From: Octopus vulgaris
Lineage: Eukaryota
Assembly: GCA_951406725.2 (NCBI GenBank)
Contig: OX597830.1
Span: 30,504,001 to 30,568,000, forward strand
DNA: 64,000 nt
Direction: 5' to 3'
Position numbers and translations under genes: made by a program
Notes under the pieces: generated by a model
What the model saw: only the letters and a program-made list of their open reading frames with translations
Told to the model about the DNA's origin: nothing
Database searches by the model: none
In this document: positions 40,697 through 54,862 of the stretch, in pieces
How the letters are laid out: every line of letters begins with the position of its first letter
How positions within the stretch are numbered: position 1 is the stretch's first letter

Positions 40697-40866
40697 ATAT
40701 GTTTGTCCCCCAAAATCGCTTGACAACTGATGCTGGTGTGTTTACATCCCTGTAACTTAGCGGTTCGGCAAAAGAGACTGATAGAATAAGTACTAGGCTT
40801 ACAAGGAATAAGTCCTGCGGTGCTCCAGCATGGCCGCAGTAAAATGACTGAAACAAGTAAAAGAGT
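39482..40866 (+). mobile_element. SINE-A split by a PLE (5' half 39482-39640, 3' half ~40695-40866)
   Basis: Both halves collinear with SINE-A consensus. Confidence 0.9.
39643..40647 (+). mobile_element. 5'-truncated Penelope-like (Neptune-type) element: GIY-YIG C-terminus, 3' repeats, HHR 40512-40549
   Basis: LSLHRGHPDSRLRREQELIFSLRSYTPFGVN resembles the PLE endonuclease end (RE..LI..L....P.G.N); (TACTAATACA)n minisatellite; tcttt-CTGTTGA-a-gagc-gtag-gctc-GAAA-cgtt-aaaga. Confidence 0.8.
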
Positions 40867-40939
40867 AGAACAGTAAATGTTTAACAAATGCTCACTCACT
40901 GTGGCCCAATCAGACCTTCAATTCTTTGGTTTCTAAGCC

Positions 40940-41145
40940 CTGCTAGCTGAACTGTTGCCATGCAGGACAAAATGTTGAATCGTTCTTTCGGCTTTTGACG
41001 TTCTGAGTTCAGATTCCACCAAAGTCGACCTTCTCTTTCAGTTTTTAAGAGGTCGATAATATAAGCACCATTTAAGCACTGGGACGATGCAATCGACTTA
41101 TCTATTCCCTTAAAAATTACTGGCCTTGTGCCTATAATAGAAAGA
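40940..41145 (+). mobile_element. Old SINE-B (alternative tail)
   Basis: ctgagttcagattcc..gtcgac..ggtcgataa..ggccttgtgcctataatagaaaga; another old copy ~43560-43715. Confidence 0.7.
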
Positions 41146-41408
41146 AAGAAAATGTTTGATTTTTATGCTCCTCCGCTTTAGGTTTGAGTTCGCATACGAT
41201 CGATGAAGCAGACTTTGGCATTTTGCTGTTAGCGTTTTGTTGCTGCTGCTGACGATGATGCTGACGTTGCTGCTGACGCTGCTGCTTCTTCTGTTGTTTT
41301 GTTTTGGCCTAGATCAGCCGTGATCGAGCAAATCCATGATGTTCAATGTTTCATGCCATTTTGTTAGACTGCGATTTGAAGGAAATTTGACAACAGATTC
41401 GCTTAGAG

Positions 41409-41660
41409 CACTGGTTCTCAATCCTTTTTTTTTTGCCTGTAGACCCCTTCGATTCCTATTTTACTCTACTGGACCCTAATAAACATTCGATACAGTTCTA
41501 TATTTAAGAGATGAGGAATTATTCACATTATTTACATTTGATGGATATTAGTCCTCATCTTGTTTGTTGTTAACACAACGTTTTGGCTGATATACCAGCC
41601 TTCATCAGGTGTATTGGGGAAATTTCGAACGTGGGTTCTCATTTCTAAGGTATTTTTCGA

Positions 41661-41698
<38 letters not shown>

Positions 41699-42363
41699 GT
41701 TAATTATCCGTCAAATGTAAATAATGTAAATAATGTAAACATTCGATGTTTAAAAACGTTCCTCATGTAGTAAGAAGCTTACTTCCTAGCCACATGGTTC
41801 CGGGTTCAGTTCCACTGCGTGACACCTTGGCCAAGTGTCTTTAACTATAGCCTTAGACCAACCGAATCCTTGTGAATGGATTTGGTAGAAGGAAACTGAA
41901 AGAAGCCCGCCGTATATATATGTGTGTATGTGTGTATGCGCGTGTGTGCGCGCGCGCGCGCGTTTGTGTATTTGAGTGTCTATGTTTGTCCTCCCACCAT
42001 TGCTTGACAACCGATGCTGGAGTGTTTATGTCCCCGAAACTTATAGGTTCGGCAAAAGACTCCGATAGAATAAGTACTAGCTTACAACGACTATGTCCTG
42101 GGGTCGATTTGCTCGACTAAAGGCGGTGCTCCAGCATGGCCGCAGTCAAACGACTGAAACAAATAAAAGAGTAAAAGAGTATATTTTTATGATTAAATAT
42201 TATCAGAAATTTTATTTTTTTAAAAATTGATAAAATATTTTGCGAATTGTAAAAGTAAAACCAATTTATTGTACACAAATTTTAACATCAAAAGTCTATG
42301 TAGACCTCTTAAGAGCTACGTAGAGCCCTTAAGGGCCGTGTGTGCCCCGGCTGAGGACCACTG
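41409..42363. mobile_element. hAT-like MITE hosting an HHR element and a SINE-A (41768-42180)
   Basis: Ends cactggttctcaatc / ggctgaggaccactg resemble CAGTGGTTCTCAACC-type hAT TIRs; 8-bp TSD degraded. Confidence 0.6.
41492..41735 (-). mobile_element. HHR-bearing element (same family as 6020-6614) with inverted end and TSD
   Basis: HHR-like 41573-41612 (CTGATGA intact, GAAA>AAAA); 12-bp TSD taaacattcgat at 41480-41491 and 41736-41747. Confidence 0.85.
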
Positions 42364-42534
42364 ACGGAGAGTGTCCATGACGACTCCGTTTTCATTTTGT
42401 TCATTTCGGCGGAGAAAAAAGTGCAACAAAAGTACCAGTAATCTATTGGACACGTTTACTTAACTATGTCGTTCTGTTATACAAAAGTGTGTGTGTATAT
42501 ATATGTACGTGTGTGAGTATTTGTATGTGTGAGC

Positions 42535-42664
<130 letters not shown>

Positions 42665-44166
42665 GAGTGAGCGTATGTGATTGTGCGCACCCTTCCTCAT
42701 TATTTTTCGCTTCAGCTACATCAATTGTTTATTTTAGTATCGACATGATTGCATGCGTTATATCGCATCTGCATGAGTAGACGTGTGTTTGTGTGTACGT
42801 TGGCTTAGTGCTTGTGTAAGGGAAATGATAAACAGAAACATAGACAGAGTGCGGAGGGAGATGAGAGGGAGAGAGAGTGTGTGTGTGTGTGAATGAGAGA
42901 GACACAGACAGACAGAGAGACAGACAGAGACAGAGACAGAGAGAGATAATTTCAGTTTAGCAATGGCGACATTGTACCTTTCGTATGCGTATCTGCATGT
43001 ATGTTTAGACGCGTAACAAGAACTAAAAAGAGAAGAGATAAATACAACAAAAAAAAAAGAAAAGAAAAGAAAGAATAGATATAAAGAAAGACAAAGTGAT
43101 CGAATGAAGGGAGGAGGAAGAAGTTAGAGGCTGAAGGAGACAGAAGTCAAATGAAATAGTAGAAAATATAACCGCAAGTGTTAAATGTGAAAGTATGTTT
43201 CAGAGTTAATAGACAATCATTAGTCCATCATCTACCTTAGTTAATAGACATTCATTAGTTAAACATAGAGAAATTTCTCCAGGTAAAACAAAAACTAATT
43301 TACCTGTCTTTAATAGCTATCTACATTAAACTAATTACTACTGGTTATCTGGTATCAAGAAACTTAATTAGTGTTATTACCATTTCTTACAATCTCAGAT
43401 ACGTGTTTTCTTAAATTATTCTTATATACATGGCAAGAGTAAATAGGGTGACAAAAACACGTCAGAATTGAACATGAATGACTAACGGCTTTTGTTTTTG
43501 TTTTTATTCTTGTTTTGTTTCGTTGTTCTTTTATTCTTCGTTCCTTTTCTCGACTACGCTTTCAAATCCAGAACCGAATGATTGAAATTACTCTCATCCC
43601 CTATCCACGTTAATCGATCAAATAGGTACTCGTTATGTACTTAGTTCGATTCATTTGATTGCATCTCATCCGCCCCATCCGCTATATCTGTGGCATTTTG
43701 CCAACATGAAAAGTCGTTAAGCGTATAAAAGTTGGGAACAGCATGGGGGCCGTAGAGGCTGTGACACGCTTCAAGCATTCTAACTTCATTAGCGACGCTA
43801 ATTATTCTTGTGAAGTTATCAAAGCTACAACCTTCACTTTAGTCTTTCTTTAAAATGTGTCAGCCCTTGCGTACATATTGCGAACAATTACCATATATTT
43901 CTTATGAGTAACGAAATTAGAAAGATTACTCAAGTTCCTGCCAATCTGAAAAGAATTTATAACAGATTTGTAACGCTGATGAAACACCGATGAGAATGTA
44001 ACTGTTTTTTTTATGACCATATATTCATACATATATATGTATATATATATAGTGTCTGCGTGTATCGAAAGAGAAATGCATTTGTATATGCATATGTCAT
44101 CATCAAAAAGACACGTAATTTATGAAAAAATAATCCGGTTGAACAAATACGCAAATAATAAACACT

Positions 44167-44560
44167 GGCGCAGGTGTGACTGTGCGGTAAGAAGCTTGCT
44201 TCCCAATCACATGATTCTGCGTTCAGTCCCACTGCGTGGCACCTTCAGCAAGTGTCCTCTGCTATAACCTCGGGCCAACCAAAGCCTTGTGAATGAATTT
44301 TGTAGGCGGAAACTGAAAGAAGCCCGTTGTGTATGTATGTATGTATGTATGTATGTATGTATGTATGTATGTTTGTCCTCTCCACCATCGCTTGACAACC
44401 GATGTTGGTGTGTTTACGTCCACGTAAATTAACCGTTTGGTAAAAGAGATCGATAGAATAGGTACTACCCTTACAAAGAATAAGTCTTGGGGTCGATGTG
44501 TTCGACTAAAGGCGGTGCTCCAGTATGGCCGCAGTCAAATGACTGAAACAAGAAAAAGAA
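44167..44560 (+). mobile_element. Full-length SINE-A
   Basis: Match to consensus. Confidence 0.9.
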
Positions 44561-44594
44561 ACTGAAGAAACAATGCATTTCTAACACACCAGAG

Positions 44595-44832
44595 GTTTAG
44601 TGGTTAGGGTGTTGGACTAATGATCGTAAGATTGTGGTTTCAATTTCTAGACCGGGCTGTGCGTTGTGTTCTTGAGCAAAACACCTCATTTCACGTTGTT
44701 CCAGTCTAATTAGATAGTTAAGATGTGTTACCCTACGACGGACCGGCGTTCCGTCCAGGTGGGGAATTTGTACGCCATGGTGACTGGGAAACCGGCGCCT
44801 ATGAGTCGGCATTACTCGAAAAGGTAACCTTC
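44595..44832 (+). mobile_element. SINE-D, tRNA head with V-domain-like core
   Basis: tagtggttagggtgttggact..ggtttcaattt head; ccctacgacggaccggcgttccgtccaggtgggg resembles V-SINE core as recalled. Confidence 0.65.
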
Positions 44833-44898
44833 ATCTTGTTTTTCCAACACAGGTGTACATTGTGTAATTTGCGTTTATTCCTTTACAACGTAATATAA

Positions 44899-44970
<72 letters not shown>

Positions 44971-45159
44971 ATACACACACATGCACACACACATGCACAC
45001 ACACACACACGTACACAATGTAGATATACGTGTTTGTGTGTGTGTGTGTTGTGTATCAGACAGAACAACAGTGACCTCAACCTCAAATTCTCTTTCGATA
45101 CCACTCATCAGACGTATTCTAGACATATTATATAAATATAACCCGTTGTACTTTCTTCT

Positions 45160-45975
45160 ATTCTAGGTACAAGGCTCGAAATTTTGGGGGGAGGGCGTGC
45201 AATCCATTAGATCGACCCTAGTACGCAACTGGTTCTTAATTCATCGACCCCGAAAGGATGAAAGACAAAGTCGACCTCGGCGGAATTTGAACTCAGAGTG
45301 TAAAGACAGACGAAATGCCTATTTCTTTACTGCCCACAAGGGGCTAAACGCAGAGAGAACAAACGAGGAGAGATAAACGGATTAAGTCGATTATATCGAC
45401 CCCAGTGCGTAACAGGTATTTTATTTAATCGACCACGAAGGGATGAAAGGCAAAGTCGACCTCGGTGGAATTTAATCTCAGAACGTAGCGGCAGACGAAA
45501 TACCACTAAGCATTTCGCCCGGCTTGCTAACGTTTCTGCCAGCTCGACCCGTTGTACTGACGATTCCATCAGCTCGTAGACTTAATAATAAAAACGGCTT
45601 CATATTTTGCCACAAGGTCCAGTAAGTTCGGGGTATGGGGTAAGTCTATTTCATCAGCCCCAGTATGCAAATGGTGCTTATTTCATCATCGACCCTGAAA
45701 GGATGAAAGGCAAAGTCAACCTCGGTGGAATTCGAGCTCAGAACTTAGCGACGAGTGAAAAACCGCTAAGTTTTGTGCCAGCTCGGCACCTTAACAATAA
45801 TACTTATAAACTTTTCTACTAGAAGCACGAGGCCTCAAATTTGGGAGAAAAGATTAAGTCGATTACATCGACCTCAGTGCGTAACTGGTACTTATTTAAT
45901 CGACCCCCAAAAGGCAAAGTCGACCTCTGCGGAATTTGAACTCAGAATGTAAAGACGGACGAAGTGTCGCTAAGT
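45160..45975 (-). mobile_element. Four tandem SINE-B copies
   Basis: aaag(g/a)caaagtc(g/a)acctc..ggaatt core repeated at ~45261, 45447, 45706, 45911. Confidence 0.88.
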
Positions 45976-46021
45976 ATCACAGCCTCCAATACTAAAATGA
46001 CTACTACTACTATTACTGCTG

Positions 46022-46077
<56 letters not shown>

Positions 46078-46821
46078 GCTACTGCTGCTGCTGCTATTAC
46101 TGCAACTACTATTACAACAACCACCAACAATGACACTTGCCATATTCTCTCAGTAACGTCCAATGTTTACATTGATTTCTTAACACGATGATGCTGTTGT
46201 TTAACCCCAGGTCGATTTTAAGACCTTATGACCAAAGATTATTTCATCTGTGACATACACAAACTTATTTCTTTACAGTCTTTCATCTGGTTTCTCCCTC
46301 CTCATTATTCATCTGGTCTCCTCCTACTCATCCGCATCCTGAACATCATCATCATTTTTCTTCTTCTTCTTCTTCTTCTTCTTCTTCTTCTTCTTCTTCT
46401 TCTTCTTCTTCTTCTTCCTCCTACTCCTCCTCCTCCTCGTGCTTCTTTGTCTCCTCCTCCTCCTCCTCCTCCTCCTCCTTCTTCTTCTTCTTCTTTCTTC
46501 TTCTTCTTCTTCTTCTTCTTCCTCTTCTGCTTGCAAGTCATCACCACGTTGCTTGCCAACACCACAATCATCGTTTAACATCATTACAATCATCATCATT
46601 GCTGTCGTCAATTTTATCGTCCACATTTTTATCCTCTTCTCTGTCATCCTCTTCATCATCTTCAAAAATCATCGTCATCATTGTCATCATTGTCACCATC
46701 ATCATCATCATCATCATCGTCGTCGTCTTTGTCGCCGTCGTCATCAACATCATCTTCCTCACATATCCCCTCATACTAGTCCTCTCCTTTATCCTCTTCT
46801 TACTCCTCCTCCTCCTCCTCC

Positions 46822-46870
<49 letters not shown>

Positions 46871-47276
46871 TAACATCATCATTATAATATTTTCCCTTCA
46901 CCTTCCCATTTTTTTTTTCTTTTTTCTGTATATTTTTTTTTCTTTTAATTGTTCTTCTTGTTGGCCAAGATTGTTCTTTCAGACAAGACAGTAGTGAGAA
47001 TTGTTTGGAATCAGATTAACAAAGTATAAATCATGCATGCTGGACGTGCAAAGATGTGGGTGCAGGGTGAGTGTGAGTCGAGGGGGGTAGGGTAGGGACG
47101 ATGAGAAGGAGGGTGGCGAGGGAAGTGGCGGGGGGGAGGGGAAGGACGGAGCGCGATGATGAAAATGAAATTAAAATTAACAAGCGGAGAAGAGAAATAA
47201 TGCAGACATGGGTATAAAGAAGGAGGAGGAGAAGGAAAAAGGAGGAGGAGGGATGGGGAGAGAAGAAGAAGAAGAA

Positions 47277-47307
<31 letters not shown>

Positions 47308-47379
47308 TGTCCAGTCCTGCTCAGAGATGCATCTACGCAAGCAAGCGCATACATATATTTATGCACATACACAGGTGTA

Positions 47380-47428
<49 letters not shown>

Positions 47429-48684
47429 TTATTTATGTGGGAATGTATATACATGTGTGTCTAAATATACATAATGTATATGTATATATACATGTATATG
47501 TATGTGTATATATATATATATATACATACATACATACATACATACATACATACAAACATACATACACATATACACACACACGCACACACACACATATATA
47601 TATATATATATCCACGCGCACACACAGATAGACAGACAGACTTGTGCGCAATTAAAAAACATATACCAAAAACTAAAAAAAGAATTAAGTGGAATTATAA
47701 ATAGAAAATAAATTTGAAAGAAATTGACAATTATCAAAATAAAAAAAATAACAAGAATGAAAAGGAAGAAAAAAAAGAGTTGTGAAAATTATGTAAGACG
47801 CAAACAGAAGAAGGGTGACATGTCTTGGCTGGGCAACAACAGAATGAAACCGAGGAGCAGAAAGGAAATAGATGTGATGATAATGATGATGATGATGAGG
47901 TAGAGGTGGAGGAGGAGGAGGAGGAGGAGGAGGGATGGCGATGACGACGATAAACAACGATGATCATGGAGATGACGACGACGACGACGACGATGATGAT
48001 GATGATGACGATGATGATGATGATGATGATGACGATGATGATGGTGACGATGATGATGATGATGATGATGTCGATTGTGATGATGATGATGATGATGATG
48101 ATGATGAGTATGGTTTTCGTGCTGGAGATGCTGGTTGTGACGATGACGACGACGACAACGACGATCATAATGATGATGCTTATGATGACGAGAATGATGA
48201 TGATGGTGTTGATGATGATGATATTAATGATGATGGTGGTAAAGTCGATGAACGTCGGCGATGACGATGACGATGATGAGGATGATAATAATGATGATCA
48301 TGATGATCATGATCATGATGATGATGACGACGACGATGACGTCGACGACGACGACGATGACGATGATGATGATGATGATGATAGTGGGTTTTGTAGTTTC
48401 AGAGCAGTAGTAGCAACAGCAGCAGTGGTGTTGTTGTTGTTGTTGTTGTGGTGGTGGTGGTGGTGGTGGTGGTGGTGGTGGTGGTGGTGGTGGTGGTGGT
48501 GGTGGTGGTGTTGGTAGCGGTGGTGGTCATCGTTGTCGTTTGTCTAACGCTGGTGATGACGATGATTGTGGCAAGGAATAATGAAGAACAATCAACTGAT
48601 TGACAGATATGCAGATGAATGTGGGGAGCGGAGAGGGGAGAGGGGAGAGGAGGAGGCAGAGGAAAAGCGAATGAGAAACAGAAC

Positions 48685-48716
<32 letters not shown>

Positions 48717-48988
48717 GAGAGAGAGGAAGAGGAAGAAAAGAAAGAGAGAGAGAGAGAGTGGGGGGAACGATAGTTGGTAGATGCATGAAGGAAAGAAAGG
48801 AAGAAAGAGATGACTGCATAAATGAATGAACGATAGAAAAGAAACATGCATGGAAAACGCGACGTAATTAGTGAAATCATATGTGTGAGTGGGGGCGCCT
48901 TTGTGTGGGTGGGTCCATACACATGCACACATACGCATTCACACATAAACACTCACATGTAGGCACACACACATACGCACTTCTTTAA

Positions 48989-49048
<60 letters not shown>

Positions 49049-49082
49049 CGTATATGTATATATATATATATGTATATATATG

Positions 49083-49115
<33 letters not shown>

Positions 49116-49170
49116 GTGTGTGTATGTATGTATATATATATATATGTATGTATGTATGTTTGTATGTATA

Positions 49171-49239
<69 letters not shown>

Positions 49240-49405
49240 ATATATATGTATATATGTGTGTGTATGTATGTATGTATGTATGTTTGTATATATATATATA
49301 TGTATGTATGTACGTATTACGTAAAGCAATCTGGAACGTAATACAATTTGGCATAAATTATACGGGTAGGTATGTGTGAGTTTGTGTGTGTATGTGTGTG
49401 TGTGT

Positions 49406-49449
<44 letters not shown>

Positions 49450-49568
49450 ATAAGAAAAAAAACATAAATGCTAACGTATTAAGCTCAATTTCTTGATTTT
49501 TTTTTTTTATTCATCTTCTTTCATTTTTTTCTTTATTCGGATAGGAAATGTTGCAGCGAAAAGTTTAA

Positions 49569-49665
<97 letters not shown>

Positions 49666-49677
49666 TAATAATAGTAA

Positions 49678-49776
<99 letters not shown>

Positions 49777-50331
49777 TGATGATAATAATGATAATGATAA
49801 TATACAGTTGACTAAATAAGCCCAAAAAATAAAAAAATACGAGATTATCTTCGATTCAGGCCAGAACGTTTATACGCTAAAATTTTAGCTATTTTATTCT
49901 GTTATACGTTTTTATTGTCTTTGTATCTTTAATTACTCCTGCCGCTGTATTCCTATTTTTTTTTCTTTTTTTCTTAATTACTTTATATTTTCATTTTATT
50001 TATTCATTTAATTTTATATTTTATTTACTTATTTGTTTATTTTGAAACAAAGGAACAGTTCGGCTTTTATTAGCCTTGTATTCCGTCATCAAGGACACTG
50101 TCATTTCGGCAAATCCTGTTTTAACATATGGCAGATATAAAACTTTTAATTTTTTTTGATCGGCAAATGATGTGCTTTAACTTAGCATTTCACCCTTATA
50201 AGCTAGATCTAAACTGTAAGTCCTGCGGGGACAGCAAGACTGGCCCTTAGGCATTCTTCATCTTGTCGCTATTGATGTTGTTCTTGGAACCATTACAATG
50301 AAGCGTATGTTTATTTCGGAAAAGCATTATG

Positions 50332-50476
<145 letters not shown>

Positions 50477-50566
50477 TAGGTTGATAGATTAGATAGACAA
50501 ACGGACAGACAGGCAGACAGACGGATGGCTAGATAGATAGACAGGCAGATAGGAAGGCAAGCAGGC

Positions 50567-50654
<88 letters not shown>

Positions 50655-51346
50655 CGAGTGAGTGAGTGTGTGATTGACTGATATTTTTGATCTTGTACTT
50701 GTTTCAGTCACTAGACTGCGGCCCTAGTGGCCGTGCAGGTACTAGAATGGCGCAAGTTTTATCTTTTATTATGAGAACGTACTATGCGCACGTTAGACTT
50801 ACACTTGATCTTACGTTATATGCTCAGCGGCAAAATCAAACCGAGACAACCAAGTGTCTACAGGAATGCTGGAGATTGCCAATGTGGCTATAAGGACCTC
50901 CATACTTCGTAGTACCATCTAACCTGGCGTACGTACTGGTTATAGAACATCTTTCCAGACCTTTGCCTTGCATCACGGCTTTTGACTCAACATAAATGCA
51001 TGTTGCCCTCTGTGCCATTCACCTCGTTAGGCCTACTGCCGCCGATTATAAAGCCGTGTAGATAAATATTATTTCTGCCATGCTTCGCTTAACCTTTTAG
51101 TATTCGCGTTACTTTGTTTGTGCATTCATATTGTTTCGAATTAATCATGCATTATCTCGTATACTAGCTTTGAGATTTCAATGATGTACTTGTCTATTTT
51201 TAGAATGACCTTGTAAGGTAATTGTGGTTGGTTTGAGCAGGAAACATGTAGAAAACTTGGGGCCAGATATGGGTAGTTTAAATCGTGGAGGGTTAACTGA
51301 AATGCAAACATGACACTAACCATAGAAAAGCCGGTATAACGTACAT

Positions 51347-51612
51347 AAAGGCGGCGAGCTGGCAGAACCGTTAGCACGCCGGATGAAATGCTTAGCGGTA
51401 TTTCGTCTGTCGTTACGTTGTGAGTTCAAATTCCGCCGAGGTTGACTTTGCCTTTCATCCTTTCGGGGTCGATAAATTAAGTACCAGTTCCGCACTGGGG
51501 TCGATAAATTAATTACCAGTTCCGCACTGGGGTCGATGTAATCGACCTAATACCTATGTCTGTCCTTGTTTGTCCCCTCTATGTTTAGCCCCTTGTGGGC
51601 AATAAAGAAATA
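51347..51612 (+). mobile_element. Young full-length SINE-B with internal ~31-bp tandem duplication
   Basis: 14-bp TSD ggtataacgtacat at 51333-51346 and 51613-51626. Confidence 0.93.
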
Positions 51613-51917
51613 GGTATAACGTACATGTTATTATTTGATGATCATTGACACGTCTGTACGCCATCATTTCCTCCGTCCAGGAAATCCAAAATCAGTCTCC
51701 GTCTCAAACAACCTCGGTACGGTGAAGGCGAGGAAAGGTCCTATTTTAGCCGACGACAACCTGACGATTCAGAAAATTCTGCGCGGACTCTGATGATGAT
51801 AGTATTTGTTAGGGTCCTTCAATTTTATATGCACACATAATGCATATAAGAAACAGCTGTCCGAGTACGATGCACAAATAAATACATAAAGCTCCTTATT
51901 AATAAAATAATATACAT

Positions 51918-52058
51918 AGGCGTGGCTGTGTAGTAAGTAGCTTGCTTACCAACCACATGGTTCCGGGTTCAGTCCCACTGCGTGGCACCTTCGGCAAGTG
52001 TCTTTTACGATAGCCTCGGGCCGACCAAATTTCAGGTCTTGTACCTATATAATAAAGG

Positions 52059-52146
<88 letters not shown>

Positions 52147-52340
52147 AGGCGGCGAGTTGGCAGAATCGTTAGCATGCTGGACAAAATGCTTAGCGGCGTT
52201 TCGCCCGTTGCTACATTCTGAGTCCAAATACCGCCGTGGTCGACTTTGCCTTTCATCCTTTCGGGGTTGATAAAATAAGTACCAGCTGAACACTGCAGTC
52301 GATGTAATCGACTCCAAGCGGCCCTTGTGCCGAAAATTTT
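51918..52340 (+). mobile_element. SINE-A 5' part (51918-52030) and SINE-B (52147-52340)
   Basis: Match to consensus copies. Confidence 0.82.
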
Positions 52341-52341
52341 A

Positions 52342-52424
<83 letters not shown>

Positions 52425-52439
52425 TAATAATAATAATTA

Positions 52440-52510
<71 letters not shown>

Positions 52511-52513
<3 letters not shown>

Positions 52514-52680
52514 TAGTTTTATTTTTATAGCGTGCTTTCACTTCACTACCGAGCGCAGCTCTGTGTGCCTTAGGTATGTGCTGTGATTTGTTGTGATGCT
52601 CTGATGGTTATTGTATGGAAAGTGTTCTGCGTAGGATGTGTGCAGTGCCTAGTAGTGCAATTTTCTGTATGTTATATGTG

Positions 52681-52682
<2 letters not shown>
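52511..52682 (-). mobile_element. Short R4/Dong-like 3' end in (TAA)n
   Basis: Minus strand NIQKIALLGTAHILRRTLSIQ* plus 3'UTR; (TTA)n on both sides. Confidence 0.85.
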
Positions 52683-52727
<45 letters not shown>

Positions 52728-53689
52728 CATCATTATTATTATTATCATCATTATTATTATTATTATCATTATCATTATGGAGTCAGGATTAAACTGTCTG
52801 GATTAAAATTAAGTCAATAGTTTTGAGCGTCAGGGAGAAAATTAGCTTATGTGAACCCCAAATTCGCATTGAGGGCCCTGGCTGATCTTTTGATATCTAT
52901 TTGAGTAGGAAAAAAAACGTGCATTTTATACGGTATCAAATACAGCAATGAGTTTATATATATTTTTTATAAGTCGGAAACAAATACGGTGGTATATGTA
53001 GTAGCCAAATCGGCGGGGTAAAAATCGAGAATTAATAAAAAATCTACCAACGATAACATTTATATTACAGGCTGCAACGTTTCAGCCGATAAATGCCAAA
53101 GAAGGTCAATGAAGCAAGGATGTTCCGTCACAGCAACAACAGCAATATAAAAGATCGATTTCCAATCGCAATTATGCAGCCGACAATTAACAAAGTTAAT
53201 TCGATTTCGGTGATATCAGATCCTTTGTTTAATTCTCATTCAAACTTTTTTTTTTTTTTGGTCTTCTCTTTTTTCTCTTTATATTCATTCCAGTCTGAAA
53301 CCACCCCGATAACCTTAATTTCTTCGTTTCCTGAAATATGCATCCACATAAATATACCGTCATAAAAATACAAACAGTAACACGCTTACATGCACGCACC
53401 CTTCACTACGCCTATATATAGAAATATTCTCCTGAATTGAACTGCAACTGTTAGCCGTCACTGACCATTCAAAAATACGACCATCAAGGCACTCCCAAAT
53501 TTTTCCACCCCCTCTCCTCATCAATCTTCTTCTTCTTCTACCCTACCAAGAATTCACAACGGCCTCGAACACACAAGTGCAAACAAGGGAGACAGAGAAA
53601 GGCAGAATGCCACTTATATTTGAACACTATACAAATATTCCTTTAAAAAAACTTTTCTTTTAATTTTTCTAAATTTAATTATTTAATCG

Positions 53690-53733
53690 TTACAGTTGAA
53701 AAGGTCTCAAAATGACCGAAACCGGTACTGAAA
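53690..53733 (+). ncRNA. Minimal hammerhead motif, U3:A8 variant
   Basis: cag-TTGAAAA-ggtc-tcaaaat-gacc-GAAA-ccg-GTA-ctg with palindromic stem III accggt. Confidence 0.6.
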
Positions 53734-53782
53734 TGTTCTTTATAAAATTATTTAAGCATTTTCTATTTTGACTTGTTTTTTC

Positions 53783-53815
<33 letters not shown>

Positions 53816-54003
53816 ATCTTTTACTTGTTTCAGTCATTAGACTGCGGTCACGCTGTGGCACCACCATGTGAAATATAACCCCAAATGTAATTGGTAGAAC
53901 TATATGCATGCTCAATCTCATTGGTTATTAATTTTATAACATCAATTTAAGACCAGTGGTCAAGCATATAAAAAACTGAGATTCAGTAAATAGTATTTTA
54001 TAC

Positions 54004-54074
<71 letters not shown>

Positions 54075-54174
54075 TATAAACATAATCAAATAGGGTAATA
54101 AAATAAATTATTATTACCAGTGGCCTAGCACAAAAGACGAGCTAGTCGTTAGACTATATATTTTTCGTATAGAA

Positions 54175-54300
54175 ATATAATAAAAGGCTTCCAAATAAGG
54201 AAGCGTAGTGCTAGAAACACAAAAAGGGATAAATTCATGAATTTATCCCTTTTTGTGTTTCTAGTATTACGCTTCCTTATTTGGAAGCGTTTTATTATAT
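54175..54300. repeat. 126-bp spacerless palindrome
   Basis: 63-bp arms, centre 54237/54238, 3 mismatches. Confidence 0.95.
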
Positions 54301-54498
54301 ATATATACAAACTTACATAAATACATACAAACACATATACATATATATACATACACATATAAATAACTATATAATTGAGGAGCTAGGTAAGATCCAGGCG
54401 ACGTCATCTCAATAGTAATTCATGCAGAAAGGGGCTAGCAAAGTACTCCGATAGCACTGAAAATGTTGCACATTTTCGTTAACCGAAGAATGATTGGT

Positions 54499-54710
54499 TA
54501 TAGTGTGTTCAAAAAGTCTCTCCGCATTGAATTTTTTTTCATCCTGCGCATCACCATGGCGCTACTTCGAGTTTTTCGCTGAACGGATTATTTCGAAGAG
54601 ACTTTGGCCACCAACATCACCTGATTTAACACCGCCAGGCTGTTTTTTTTTTTTTTTTTGGACAGCAAGTAATGGGCCAGTGTACAAGAATCGCCCGAAA
54701 AATCATTAAA
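54499..54710 (+). mobile_element. Tc1/mariner fragment
   Basis: TIR-like tatagtgtgttcaaaaagtctc, then EFFAERIISKRLWPPTSPDLTPP motif. Confidence 0.75.
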
Positions 54711-54777
54711 TACTTACTGCCGAGACACACACACATATATACACAACATGCTTACAAACATGCATAGAAATATACGT

Positions 54778-54862
<85 letters not shown>

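Noticed and set aside
51670-51810. Possible exon after ttcctccgtccag acceptor
   Set aside because: No frame gives a recognisable protein; insufficient support for a CDS call.
53070-53090. ggctgaaacgttgcagcc as hammerhead half
   Set aside because: No CUGANGA or stem II upstream on that strand.
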